The notes below the pieces were generated by a model. That model did not search any database. It saw nothing but the letters and a program-made list of their open reading frames with translations, and was not told where the DNA came from. 64,000 nucleotides of DNA from Acidimicrobiia bacterium (GTDB taxonomy: Bacteria; Actinomycetota; Acidimicrobiia; Acidimicrobiales; CATQHL01): positions 10,757 through 74,756 of the forward strand of contig VXNF01000108.1 of NCBI GenBank assembly GCA_009840735.1, written 5' to 3'. A program made the translations under genes and the position numbers. Below are positions 1 through 8,992 of this stretch, piece after piece (position 1 is the first letter of the stretch; each line of letters starts with the position of its first letter).

Positions 1-593
1 CCTCCGGCGCGGCGGCGCCGAGCGACGCGATCCCGACCGCGCCGATCGTCTTCTCGAAGCCCTTCACCTCGGTCATCGGCCCCGGCGAGGTGATCGAATC
101 GCACCCGCACCTCACCTCGAAGCTGGACTACGAGGCCGAGCTGGCGGTCGTCATCGGCCGCGGCGGGCGGGACATCGCCCGCGCCGACGCCCTCGACCAC
201 GTCTTCGGCTACACGATCGTCAACGACGTCACCGCTCGGGACCGCCAGCAGACCCACCGCCAGTGGCTGCTGGGCAAAGGCCTCGACACGTTCTGCCCGA
301 TGGGGCCGGCCGTGGTGACCGCCGACGAGGTCGACCTCGCCGCCACCGTCGTGGAGTGCCGAGTCAACGGCGAGCTGCGCCAGCACGCGTCGGTGGCGGA
401 CCTCATCTTCGACGTCCCGACGCTCATCTGTGACCTGTCCGCGGGGATGACGCTGGTCGCCGGGGACCTGATTGCCACGGGAACGCCCGCGGGGGTAGGC
501 ATAGGCTTCGACCCGCCGCGCTTCTTGCGACCGGGCGACGAGGTGGCGGCAACCATCGAACCCATCGGAACACTCACGAACAGGATCGGATGA
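1..593 (+). CDS. Fumarylacetoacetate hydrolase (FAH) family protein, 5' end outside the window
   Basis: The frame is open from nt 3 (...PIVFSKPFTSVIGPGEVIESHP) and continuous with track ORF 90..593. FAH-type strings DYEAELAVVIG, TIVNDVTARD and GDLIATGTPAGVG. Confidence 0.85.
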   Translation, partial: SGAAAPSDAIPTAPIVFSKPFTSVIGPGEVIESHPHLTSKLDYEAELAVVIGRGGRDIARADALDHVFGYTIVNDVTARDRQQTHRQWLLGKGLDTFCPMGPAVVTADEVDLAATVVECRVNGELRQHASVADLIFDVPTLICDLSAGMTLVAGDLIATGTPAGVGIGFDPPRFLRPGDEVAATIEPIGTLTNRIG

Positions 594-596
594 ACT

Positions 597-1382
597 ATGG
601 CCACTGGCTTTCACGAACTCGGCAACCGCCACGTCTGGGTCGAGCAGGCCGGTGAAGGGCCGGCGGTCGTGGGCATCCACGGCCTCGGCGGCACCTGCAA
701 CATCTATGGGCCCCAGATCGCCGCGCTCGGCGGCGCCCACCGCTTCGTGACCTTCGACCTCAACGGCCACGGCATGAGCCCCATGGTGGGACCTGTCTCC
801 ATCGAGAACTGGGCCGAGGACGTGCTGGCGCTCATGGACGACCTCGAGCTGGCCGAAGTCGCCCTGCTGTCGCACTCCATGGGCACGCTCGTCGCTCAGC
901 AGGTGCTGGCCATCGCGGGCGAGCGCGTGCGGGCCTGCGCTCTGCTGGGCCCTGTGCGCAACCTCCCCGACGCGGCCCGCAGCGCCCAGGCTGACCGCGC
1001 CGCGCTGGTGCGCTCCCAGGGCATGGCCGCGGTTGCCGGCGGCATCTCCCAGGGCGCCGTGTCGGCCAAGACCCGCGCCGAGCGCCCCGTGGTGTGCGCC
1101 ATGATCAAGGAGCTGCTGCAGCGCCAGTCGGCCGAGGGGTACGCGGCGGCCTGTGAGGCTCTGGGCGGCTCGCGCCCACCGGACGTGTCGCAGTACCGCG
1201 GCCCGGTGCTGGCGATCACCGGAACCGAGGACATGGTCTGCCCGCCCGCGGGGGCGCACGCCATCGCCGCGGACTTCGCCGACGCCAGCGCCGTGGTCAT
1301 CGAGGACATCGGGCACTGGACTTCCCTGGAAGCGCCCGTCGAGGTGAACGACCTGCTGGGAGACTTCTTGAGGACGAGCTGA
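597..1382 (+). CDS. Alpha/beta-fold hydrolase (3-oxoadipate enol-lactonase-like)
   Basis: 261 aa. HGLGG oxyanion region, nucleophile elbow SHSMG, C-terminal IEDIGHW (catalytic His). Starts 4 nt after the upstream stop. Confidence 0.8.
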   Translation: MATGFHELGNRHVWVEQAGEGPAVVGIHGLGGTCNIYGPQIAALGGAHRFVTFDLNGHGMSPMVGPVSIENWAEDVLALMDDLELAEVALLSHSMGTLVAQQVLAIAGERVRACALLGPVRNLPDAARSAQADRAALVRSQGMAAVAGGISQGAVSAKTRAERPVVCAMIKELLQRQSAEGYAAACEALGGSRPPDVSQYRGPVLAITGTEDMVCPPAGAHAIAADFADASAVVIEDIGHWTSLEAPVEVNDLLGDFLRTS

Positions 1383-1456
1383 GCTCCGCCGTCGCAGCGT
1401 CCGCCGCCGAGCCGAGGATTCGAGGACCGAGAGCGCCAGCCGCAATACCGACCCCC

Positions 1457-1501
1457 GCACCGAGCACGACCGCACCGAGCACGACCGCACCGATCACGAC
1501 A
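1457..1501. repeat. 3 x 15-bp imperfect tandem repeat (gcaccgagcacgacc) in an intergenic leader
   Basis: Read directly: two identical units plus one with two changes, upstream of the aggagg RBS of the 1552 gene. Confidence 0.6.
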
Positions 1502-1551
1502 TCGCACTCACAGCCAACCCACAGACACAACCCAGACACTAGGAGGCGAGC

Positions 1552-2784
1552 ATGAGCAACACCCTGTTCACGAACGTCAACATCCTCGACGGCAACGCCG
1601 AGGGACCGATCGCTGGTGAGGTGAGCGTCGCTGACGGGCGCATCGCCGAGGTCGCCACAGACGGCGCAGCGCTGGCACGCAAAGACCATCGCGTGATCGA
1701 CGGCGGCGGCATGACGCTCATGTCGGGCCTGTGCGACGCCCACACCCACTTCACCTGGAACAGCGGCGGCAGCCTCGACGCCCTCGCGGGGATGCCCGTG
1801 GAGGACCACACGATCGTGGCCGTGGAGTCGGCTCGCATCCTGATCGACTCCGGCTACACGATGTGCGTCGGTGCCGCCTCGGCCAAGGAGCGCATCGACA
1901 TCGCGGCGCGCGACGGCATCAACGCCGGCATGATCCCCGGGCCCCGCTACCTGGCCTGCGGTCAGGAGCTCGCAACGCCCGCCGGGGTGCTCGTCTACGG
2001 CATCACGCGGGAGGTCTCCGGGGCGGAGGAGATGACCCGCGCCGTGCGGGAGATGTGCGGCCAGGGCGTGGACACCATCAAGCTGATCCTCTCCGGCGAG
2101 TCCATCACCGAGCGGGTCTGGGCCAAGGACACCTACATGACCGACGAGGAGGTGCGCGCCGCGGTCGTCGAGGCCCACCGGGTCGGCAAGAAGGTCTTGG
2201 CCCACGCCCGCAGCACCGACTCGATCAAGCAGTGCTTGCGCCAGGGCGTCGACGTCATCTACCACGCCAGCTACATCGACGAGGAGGCGGCGGACATGAT
2301 GGAGGAGCGCCGCGACGAGATCTTCGTGGCGCCGGGGCTGCACTGGCTGTACGCCACCCTGTACGAGGCGGCCGACTTCGGCTACCCCCAGGAGGCCGCC
2401 GAGGCCGTGGGCTACAAGGACGAGCTCGAGCACTCGATCATCGGGCTCAAAGAGATCCACAGCCGGGGCGTGCGCGTGCTGCCCGGCGGCGACTACGGCT
2501 TCGCCTGGACGCCCCATGGCACCAACGCCCGCGACCTGCAGCACTTCGTGGAGCTGCTGGACTTCACGCCCATGGAGACGATCCGGGCCGCCACGGTCCT
2601 CGGCGGGGAGATCTTCGGGCGTCCCGACGATCTGGGGCGCGTGGCGCCGGGCTACCTGGCAGACCTCCTGCTGGTCAACGGCGACCCGTCCGCAGACATC
2701 ACCGTGCTGCAGGACCACGACAAGCTCGTCGGGATCATGAAGGACGGCAACTGGCACAAGGATCCCGCCGCGGCGGGGATGTAG
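1552..2784 (+). CDS. Metal-dependent amidohydrolase family protein
   Basis: 410 aa. N-terminal LCDAHTHF (HxH metal site), later HARS and YHASY motifs, GDPSADITVL composite-domain tail. RBS aggagg 7 nt upstream. Confidence 0.85.
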   Translation: MSNTLFTNVNILDGNAEGPIAGEVSVADGRIAEVATDGAALARKDHRVIDGGGMTLMSGLCDAHTHFTWNSGGSLDALAGMPVEDHTIVAVESARILIDSGYTMCVGAASAKERIDIAARDGINAGMIPGPRYLACGQELATPAGVLVYGITREVSGAEEMTRAVREMCGQGVDTIKLILSGESITERVWAKDTYMTDEEVRAAVVEAHRVGKKVLAHARSTDSIKQCLRQGVDVIYHASYIDEEAADMMEERRDEIFVAPGLHWLYATLYEAADFGYPQEAAEAVGYKDELEHSIIGLKEIHSRGVRVLPGGDYGFAWTPHGTNARDLQHFVELLDFTPMETIRAATVLGGEIFGRPDDLGRVAPGYLADLLLVNGDPSADITVLQDHDKLVGIMKDGNWHKDPAAAGM

Positions 2785-2846
2785 CCGGCCCGACAGCGAC
2801 GGGCGACATCGTGGGGGCGGCGGCCTCGGACCGCTGAGAGTCGACC

Positions 2847-3716
2847 GTGGACTTCATCGCCAAAGCCGTCATCATCGGCCTGACCGAGCAGGCGCCGCTG
2901 GTGCTGGCGGCCATGGGCATGGCCCTGATCTACAACCTCAGCAAGGTCATCAACGTGGCCTTCGCCGAGACCATCACGCTGGGCGCCTACTTCGCGCAGT
3001 GGGTGAACGTGTTCTTCGGGGCCAGCTTCTATCTGAGCCTGGCCGTCTCGGGGATCCTGGCCGGCGCGCTTAGCTGTGCCACCTACCTGGTGGTGTTCCG
3101 CACCGCCGAGCGCCGCGGCGTCGGCGCCGTGGAGGTGATCATCATCTCGCTGGGGCTGTCGGTGCTGCTGCGTTACGCCCTTCAGTTCGTGTTCGGCTAC
3201 GAGGCCCGCTTCTTCGAAACGCCGCCGCCGACGTTCTTGAAGCTGTTCGACGTGGGGTTCACGTCGTTCCAGCTGACGGCGTTCATCTTGGTGGTCGTCT
3301 TGGCGCTGCTCTTCTACCTGTTCGTGCAGAAGACAGTCTGGGGCCGCCAAGTGCGGGCGCTCGCCAGCGACGCCGACCTGGCCAAGGTAAGCGGGATCAA
3401 CCCGCTGCTGACGACGCTGGTGATGTGGTTCATGGCGGGCGCGGCCGGCGGGCTGGCTGGCGCCTTCTGGGGCGTCGCCTCCTCCGCCAAGCCGGGGTTG
3501 GGCTGGGACCGCTTCCTGCTGACGCTGCTGGTGGTGTTAGTGGGCGGGACCCGGGGCCTGCGCGGCGTCATCCTGGCCGGCATGGGCACCGGCGTGCTGC
3601 TGTCGGCCCTGAAGCTGGAGATCGCCCCGCTGCGGGCCGAGATCGTGCTGCTCGTGGCGTTCATCCTGGTGTTGAAGCTGCGGGGCAATCGATTCCGTGA
3701 ACTGGCCAAGGTCTGA
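2847..3716 (+). CDS. Branched-chain amino acid (HAAT family) ABC transporter permease, LivH-type
   Basis: 289 aa multi-TM protein with typical LivH-like hydrophobic pattern, first of a permease/permease/ATPase/ATPase/SBP block. Confidence 0.9.
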   Translation: MDFIAKAVIIGLTEQAPLVLAAMGMALIYNLSKVINVAFAETITLGAYFAQWVNVFFGASFYLSLAVSGILAGALSCATYLVVFRTAERRGVGAVEVIIISLGLSVLLRYALQFVFGYEARFFETPPPTFLKLFDVGFTSFQLTAFILVVVLALLFYLFVQKTVWGRQVRALASDADLAKVSGINPLLTTLVMWFMAGAAGGLAGAFWGVASSAKPGLGWDRFLLTLLVVLVGGTRGLRGVILAGMGTGVLLSALKLEIAPLRAEIVLLVAFILVLKLRGNRFRELAKV

Positions 3717-3719
3717 GCG

Positions 3720-4661
3720 GTGAGCGCCGTGTGGGACTTCCTCTTCGGGTCGCCGGCGTTCCTGATCTTCGGCACCTACACGCTGATGATGATCGTCGGC
3801 CTCGGCATCCTGCTGCACCTGCAGCTCGGCGTGACCGGCATCGGCAACTTCGGCGTCGCCGGCTTCTGGGGCGCCGGCCTGTACAGCTTCGGCATCCTGC
3901 AGGTCCACTACGACGTGGGGTTTTGGTTGGCCCTGCTAGCGGCGACCGCGGCGGGCGGGGTGCTGGGCGTCGTTACGGGCTGGGTCATCGCCGACCTTGA
4001 CGACGACGGCGTGCTGGCCGCCACGCTGGCGGTGGCGAGCATCGTGTTCCTGGCCATTGAGAGCGAGCGGGGCATCACCGGCGGCCGGGTGGGCCTCGGC
4101 ACGATCGACTTCCCCTTCGACGTGGGCGAACGCACCGACTTGGCCTGGCTGGCGATCCTCTTCGGCGTCACCGGCGTGCTGCTGTGGTACGCCCGGCGGG
4201 TTCACCGCTCGCCGTACGGGCGGCTGCTGATCGCCACCGGCACCAACGAGCCCCTGGCGCGCAGCCTCCGCAAGCCGGCCAAACGCACCAAAGTCGGGGT
4301 CATGGCGCTCACCTCCGCGGGCATGGGCGCGCTCGGCGGCCTCTACGGCCCGATCGTGCATTTCCTGTTCCCCACCCAGCTGACCGTGGCGATCACCGTG
4401 TCGGTGATCACCGCGCTGGTGCTCGGCGGCCAGCAGCGACCCCTCGGGGCGTTCGTCGGGGCGCTGCTGACGGTGGGGCTCTTCGACATCGTCATCAAGC
4501 TGTACGTGCCCCTGCCGCGGGACCTGCTGGAGCACGCCTTCCCGGTCACCAAGCAGGTCATCTTCGGGGCGCTGCTGATCTTCGTGCTGCTGTTTAGGCC
4601 GCTGGGATTCCTGGGCCGGATGCGCCGGGAGACCCACGTGAAGGGCCTCACCCGTGTCTGA
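3720..4661 (+). CDS. HAAT family ABC transporter permease, LivM-type
   Basis: 313 aa multi-TM protein. Starts 4 nt after the previous stop and overlaps the next gene by 8 nt. Confidence 0.9.
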   Translation: MSAVWDFLFGSPAFLIFGTYTLMMIVGLGILLHLQLGVTGIGNFGVAGFWGAGLYSFGILQVHYDVGFWLALLAATAAGGVLGVVTGWVIADLDDDGVLAATLAVASIVFLAIESERGITGGRVGLGTIDFPFDVGERTDLAWLAILFGVTGVLLWYARRVHRSPYGRLLIATGTNEPLARSLRKPAKRTKVGVMALTSAGMGALGGLYGPIVHFLFPTQLTVAITVSVITALVLGGQQRPLGAFVGALLTVGLFDIVIKLYVPLPRDLLEHAFPVTKQVIFGALLIFVLLFRPLGFLGRMRRETHVKGLTRV

Positions 4662-5460
4662 GGGAAACGGCCAGGGCACCGAGGGGGGCGCCGCCGCGCC
4701 GGGCCGCGCCGTGATCCGCATCCGCGGCCTCACCAAGAGCTTCGGCGATCAGACCGTCGTACACGTGGACGACTTGGTGCTCGGCGCCCAGCCCGTCGAG
4801 GGCCTCATCGGGCCCAACGGCGCCGGCAAGACCACCCTCATGCGGCTCATCATGCGCTCCACCCGGGCCGACACCGGCAGCGTGACCCTCGACGACGGCG
4901 CCTCGGAGGTGGCGCTGTCGAAGCTGGCGCCGCACCGGATCGCCTCCCTCGGCGTCGTCAAGACCAACCAGGTGACCCAGGACTTCGCCGGGCTGACCAT
5001 CTGGGACTCGCTGCTGTTGGCGGTGGCGCAACGCCGCGACGAGCGGCCGCACCGCATCTACCGGGAGCGCCACCTCGTGGAGCGCTACGGCGAGGAGATC
5101 CAGAGCTACCTGGACGTCTTCGAGTTCTCCGAGCCAGGCGGCTTCGCCCACTCCACCGGCGAGAAGAAGCTCCTCGACCTGATCCGCTGCCTGCTCCTGA
5201 ACCCCAAGATCTTGCTGCTGGACGAGCCCACGGCGGGCCTTCCCGAGGACGTCACCGCGCAGGTCATCGAGCTATTGCGCGCCAAGGTGGCCGCCGGCAT
5301 GTCGGTGATCATCGTGGAGCACGATCTCGACGTCATCTGGGGCTTCAGCGACGTGGTCCACTTTATGGCCGAGGGCGACGTGATCCTCGAAGGCGACCCC
5401 GACTACATCCGCGCCCACAGCACCGTGGTGGAGAAGTACCTCGGGAGCGGCCATGTTTGA
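4654..5460 (+). CDS. ABC transporter ATP-binding protein, LivG-type
   Basis: Walker A GPNGAGKTT, signature-like STGEKKLL, Walker B LLLDEPTAGL. Confidence 0.9.
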   Translation: MSEGNGQGTEGGAAAPGRAVIRIRGLTKSFGDQTVVHVDDLVLGAQPVEGLIGPNGAGKTTLMRLIMRSTRADTGSVTLDDGASEVALSKLAPHRIASLGVVKTNQVTQDFAGLTIWDSLLLAVAQRRDERPHRIYRERHLVERYGEEIQSYLDVFEFSEPGGFAHSTGEKKLLDLIRCLLLNPKILLLDEPTAGLPEDVTAQVIELLRAKVAAGMSVIIVEHDLDVIWGFSDVVHFMAEGDVILEGDPDYIRAHSTVVEKYLGSGHV

Positions 5461-6145
5461 GGCGAGCGGCGTGCGCTGCGGCTACGAGGACATCGACGTC
5501 ATCAAGGGCCTCGACTTCAGCGTCGGCGAGGAAGTGTTCGCCATCCTGGGCGCCAACGGCGCCGGCAAGACGACCCTGCTGTCGGCCATCGCCGGTCTGT
5601 TGCCGCTGTCCGCCGGGCGGATCCGCTTCGGCGGCGAGACGATCTCGGGACTGCCGCCGTGGCGCATCGCCGCCATGGGCCTCGGCTTCGTCCCCCAGGA
5701 GCGTGGCGTGTTCGGTGACCTCACCGTCCTGGACAACCTGCGGGTCGGCGGCCTCGTCGCCCGGCAGGCGCGCGGCGACCGGATCGATGAGATCATGGAG
5801 CTCTTCCCGGCGCTGGCGGGGCTGCGCAACCAGCGGGCTGGCACGCTCAGCGGCGGGGAGACCAAGATGGTGGCCGCGGGCAGAGCCCTGATGCAGGACG
5901 CCAAGCTCCTGCTGATGGACGAGCCGACGGCTGGTCTGTCCCCGCTGTACGTCGAGAACTTCTTCGACAGGATCCGCCAGATACACGAAACGAAGCAGGT
6001 GGCCATCATCATCACCGAGCAGAACGCCACCAAGGCCCTCGAAGTGGCCGACCGGGCGATGGTGCTCAGCCTCGGTGAGGCGACGACGATCACCGACGCC
6101 AAAAACCTCACAACCGACCAACTGAGGAAAGGATACCAGATATGA
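5453..6145 (+). CDS. ABC transporter ATP-binding protein, LivF-type
   Basis: Walker A GANGAGKTT, signature LSGGE, Walker B LLLMDEPTAGLSP. 8-nt overlap with the upstream ATPase. Confidence 0.9.
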   Translation: MFEASGVRCGYEDIDVIKGLDFSVGEEVFAILGANGAGKTTLLSAIAGLLPLSAGRIRFGGETISGLPPWRIAAMGLGFVPQERGVFGDLTVLDNLRVGGLVARQARGDRIDEIMELFPALAGLRNQRAGTLSGGETKMVAAGRALMQDAKLLLMDEPTAGLSPLYVENFFDRIRQIHETKQVAIIITEQNATKALEVADRAMVLSLGEATTITDAKNLTTDQLRKGYQI

Positions 6146-7563
6146 GAAAGACACACCGAACGGCAGCGGGCGCGTCTCGTGCGCGCGGCTGGGTGTGGCG
6201 AGCGGGCGCAGTTCTGCTTGCGGTCAGCCTCGTGGCGGCCGCCTGCGGAGACGATGACGACGGCGCTGCGGCGCCGCAGCCCGCTCCCGCCGCGGCGCCG
6301 TCGCCGGACCCCGCGCCCGAGCCGCCGCCGCCACCGGAGCCGATGCCGGAACCGGAGGCGGAGCCGATCCTGCTGGGCGACCTGGCCTACTTCACCGGCG
6401 ACTTCGCCTCGGTAGGCGACCTGCTCGCCTCACAGGTGGACTTCCCGGTCAATGAGGTCATCAACTTGGATCCGCCGCTCGGACGCCCGATCGAGGTGAT
6501 CCACGAGGACATCGGCACCGTGGGCGAGGCCCAGGCGGTGCGCAAGCTGCTCGAGCAGGACGGCGTGGACATCGTGCTGAGCTCGGCGCATGAGTACTTC
6601 ACCTACCGGGACTTCATGCTGGACTGGCAGGAGGACAACGACGGGCCGCTCATGCCGACGGTTCACGGCGGCGTGATCCCTGTGAACGTGGGCGGACGCC
6701 CCGGCGAGCCGATCTTCCGGGCACAGGGCTCAGACGAGGGCCAGGGCGTCACCAACGCTCTCTACGCCGAGGCGCTGGGCGCCGAAGCGGTCGTCATCAT
6801 GACCACCCCCACCGCGGGCTATCAGCTCACCGCGGACGCCACCGAGAAGGCGCTGGATGCGATCGGCATCGAGTTGCTGGAACGCATCGACGCCCCCGGC
6901 GAGCAGTCCTCCTACCGGACCGAGGTGCAGCGGGCCGTGGACGCGGCGCCCGACGCCGTGATCATCCTCGCTCAGGCCACCGAGAGCGCCATCATGGTGA
7001 AGCAGTTCGCCGAGGCGGGCTGGGCCGGAACGATCATCGGCGAGGTCGGCTGGTCCGAGCCCGAGTTCGCCGCCACGGCGACCGCTGAGGCCTTGGCGGC
7101 GCACGAGGTGGTGGCGTACCCGTCGTTCCATCGCCAGGACAACCCGGCCTGGGACTTCTACCAGCCGCTCTGGGACGGCAACCCCGATTACACCCAGCAC
7201 ACCAACGCCGACGACCCGTACTCGTTCACCACTTATGACCTGCTGATCGTCACGGCGCTGGCGATCGAGGAGGCGGGCTCGGTGAACGGCTCGGACTGGG
7301 CGCCGGCCATGTTCAAGGTGTCGTCGGGGCCGGGCACGAAGTGCTACACCTACAGCAACTGCCTGGCGCTGATCAGGGCGGGCACCGACGTGGACTACGA
7401 GGGCGTGACCGGTCCGGCCACCTTCAGCCCCGGCGGCATCAACGCGGTCATCCCCGTGGTGCGGATCTTCGGTCCCGACGGCGAGATCGCCGATCAGGTC
7501 GCCGTGGACTCCGAGCGTCACCTCGAGATCCTCAACGAGGTGGCTTTCCAGTTCGAGGGCTGA
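6142..7563 (+). CDS. ABC transporter substrate-binding lipoprotein (Liv/amide-type periplasmic binding fold)
   Basis: Signal/lipobox LLAVSLVAAAC followed by an Asp/Pro-rich linker, then a type-I PBP-like body. 4-nt overlap with the upstream gene. Confidence 0.85.
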   Translation: MRKTHRTAAGASRARGWVWRAGAVLLAVSLVAAACGDDDDGAAAPQPAPAAAPSPDPAPEPPPPPEPMPEPEAEPILLGDLAYFTGDFASVGDLLASQVDFPVNEVINLDPPLGRPIEVIHEDIGTVGEAQAVRKLLEQDGVDIVLSSAHEYFTYRDFMLDWQEDNDGPLMPTVHGGVIPVNVGGRPGEPIFRAQGSDEGQGVTNALYAEALGAEAVVIMTTPTAGYQLTADATEKALDAIGIELLERIDAPGEQSSYRTEVQRAVDAAPDAVIILAQATESAIMVKQFAEAGWAGTIIGEVGWSEPEFAATATAEALAAHEVVAYPSFHRQDNPAWDFYQPLWDGNPDYTQHTNADDPYSFTTYDLLIVTALAIEEAGSVNGSDWAPAMFKVSSGPGTKCYTYSNCLALIRAGTDVDYEGVTGPATFSPGGINAVIPVVRIFGPDGEIADQVAVDSERHLEILNEVAFQFEG

Positions 7564-7597
7564 TCCCCTAGGGGTTCGACCCCTCACAAGTCGCTCT

Positions 7598-7628
7598 GTG
7601 GGCGGGGCCGCCCCCCGGCCCCGCCCAC
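7598..7628 (+). terminator. Perfect 13-bp GC hairpin downstream of the ABC operon (putative intrinsic terminator, no U-tract)
   Basis: gtgggcggggccg-ccccc-cggccccgcccac, arms exactly complementary, 35 nt after the stop at 7563. Confidence 0.45.
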
Positions 7629-7756
7629 GAGCATCCCGCATCGTCGGCCTGGCGCGGCCCGACACCTGCGGCGGCCGCTGAGGTCCGCTCAAGCGCCCGG
7701 TGTGGCCGTAGGCTCGGCGGACTGGGGTCGGCGATCGGATCGGGAGGGCTGCTCGG

Positions 7757-8920
7757 ATGTCCGAGGAGACGGCGCAACGCATTCTGTGGACCTCTTCGAA
7801 CATGGCGCTGGTGGGTCGAATCGCCGCGGAGTTCGAGAAGACGCGGCCCTTCGCCGGGTTGCGCGTCGGCGTGTCGCTGCACCTCGAGGTGAAGACCGCG
7901 GTGCTGCTGATGGCCCTGCAGGCCGGCGGCGCCGAGGTCGTCGCCACGGGGAATTACGGCACCTCCCAGGACGACGTAGTGTCGCACCTCAACGAGCAGG
8001 GGATCGACGCCCGCGGCAGCGGATCGGACTCCCGGCAGCGGCACCTGAGCCACGTCGAGTCTGTGCTGGACTCCGGCCCCGACATCCTGCTGGACAACGG
8101 CGCCGACTTGGCGCGCCGGGTCGTCGCCCGCGGCCTGGCCGTCCTCGGCGGCACCGAGGAGACCACGTCGGGGCACAACATCCTGGCCGGGGAGTTGGCG
8201 GCGCATCTGAGCTTCCCCATCATCGTGATCAACGACACGCCGCTGAAGGCGCTCGTCGAGAACAAGCACGCCGTGGGTCAGTCCACCTATGAGTCGTTCT
8301 GCCGCATCACCAACCTCATGCCTCAGGGCAAGCGGTTCCTGATCGTCGGTTACGGCTGGTGCGGGCGCGGGATCGCGCACTACATGCGGGCCAACGGGGC
8401 TGAGGTCGCCGTCGCTGAGATCGACGAGATCAAGGCGCTCGAAGCGGCGCTGGACGGGTTCCGGGTGGCCGACTCGGTCGCAGCCCTGATCGCCGACGCG
8501 GACGTCGCCATCACCGCCACCGGCGTGGACGGAGTAATCGGCGCCGACGAGCTCGCGCTGGCGCCCGACGGGCTGCTGCTGGGCAACACGGGCCACTTCG
8601 ACCGGGAGATCGACGTGCCGGCGCTCGACGCGCAGACCGCCGAGCGGATCCCTCTCGGGGATGTGCTCGCCCGGCACGTCCTCGAAGACGGCAGGACCAT
8701 CGACCTCATCGCCGAGGGGCGGATGTTCAACCTGGCGGGCAGTCAACCCAAGGGCAACACCATCGAGTCCATGGACATGGGCTTCGCCCTGCAGGCGAGG
8801 TCGCTGGAACGCGTGGCGCGGGACCACGCTTCGCTGCCCAGCGGCGCCCAGCCGGTGCCCGACGACATCAACCGCGCCCTCGCCCGGGCGTTCACCCGCC
8901 AGATGGGCAACGCCGTCTGA
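7757..8920 (+). CDS. Adenosylhomocysteinase-family (SAHH-like) NAD-binding protein, short form
   Basis: 387 aa. EETTSG (SAHH EETTTG-like), Rossmann VGYGWCGRGIA, C-terminal GRMFNLAGSQPKGN. Shorter than canonical SAHH as I remember it. Confidence 0.7.
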   Translation: MSEETAQRILWTSSNMALVGRIAAEFEKTRPFAGLRVGVSLHLEVKTAVLLMALQAGGAEVVATGNYGTSQDDVVSHLNEQGIDARGSGSDSRQRHLSHVESVLDSGPDILLDNGADLARRVVARGLAVLGGTEETTSGHNILAGELAAHLSFPIIVINDTPLKALVENKHAVGQSTYESFCRITNLMPQGKRFLIVGYGWCGRGIAHYMRANGAEVAVAEIDEIKALEAALDGFRVADSVAALIADADVAITATGVDGVIGADELALAPDGLLLGNTGHFDREIDVPALDAQTAERIPLGDVLARHVLEDGRTIDLIAEGRMFNLAGSQPKGNTIESMDMGFALQARSLERVARDHASLPSGAQPVPDDINRALARAFTRQMGNAV

Positions 8921-8992
8921 GCCGACCGAGGCAGTCGCCCAGCGTCCCCGCCCGCTGGCCCGCCGGGCTGGCGTTGTGGCCGGGCCGATGGC

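Noticed and set aside
1457-1501. The short tandem repeat, and the Ala-rich coding repeats at 51.0-51.5 kb, as possible CRISPR arrays
   Set aside because: The units are contiguous with no spacers. There are only three copies at 1457. The 51-kb repeats are in-frame coding low complexity. No cas genes are present in the window.
1297-2757. Long antisense or alternative-frame ORFs overlapping clear genes: 1297..2757-, 1731..2837+, 7568..8827-, 9038..10948+, 11033..12565+, 12054..13457-, 37147..39177-, 40219..42177-, 45973..48084+, 49646..51421+, 51072..52172-, 53193..54434-, 55988..57175-
   Set aside because: All are low-complexity, R/G/A/P-dominated translations opposite to or out of frame with ORFs that have strong family motifs. 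I treat them as GC-driven artefacts, not overlapping genes.
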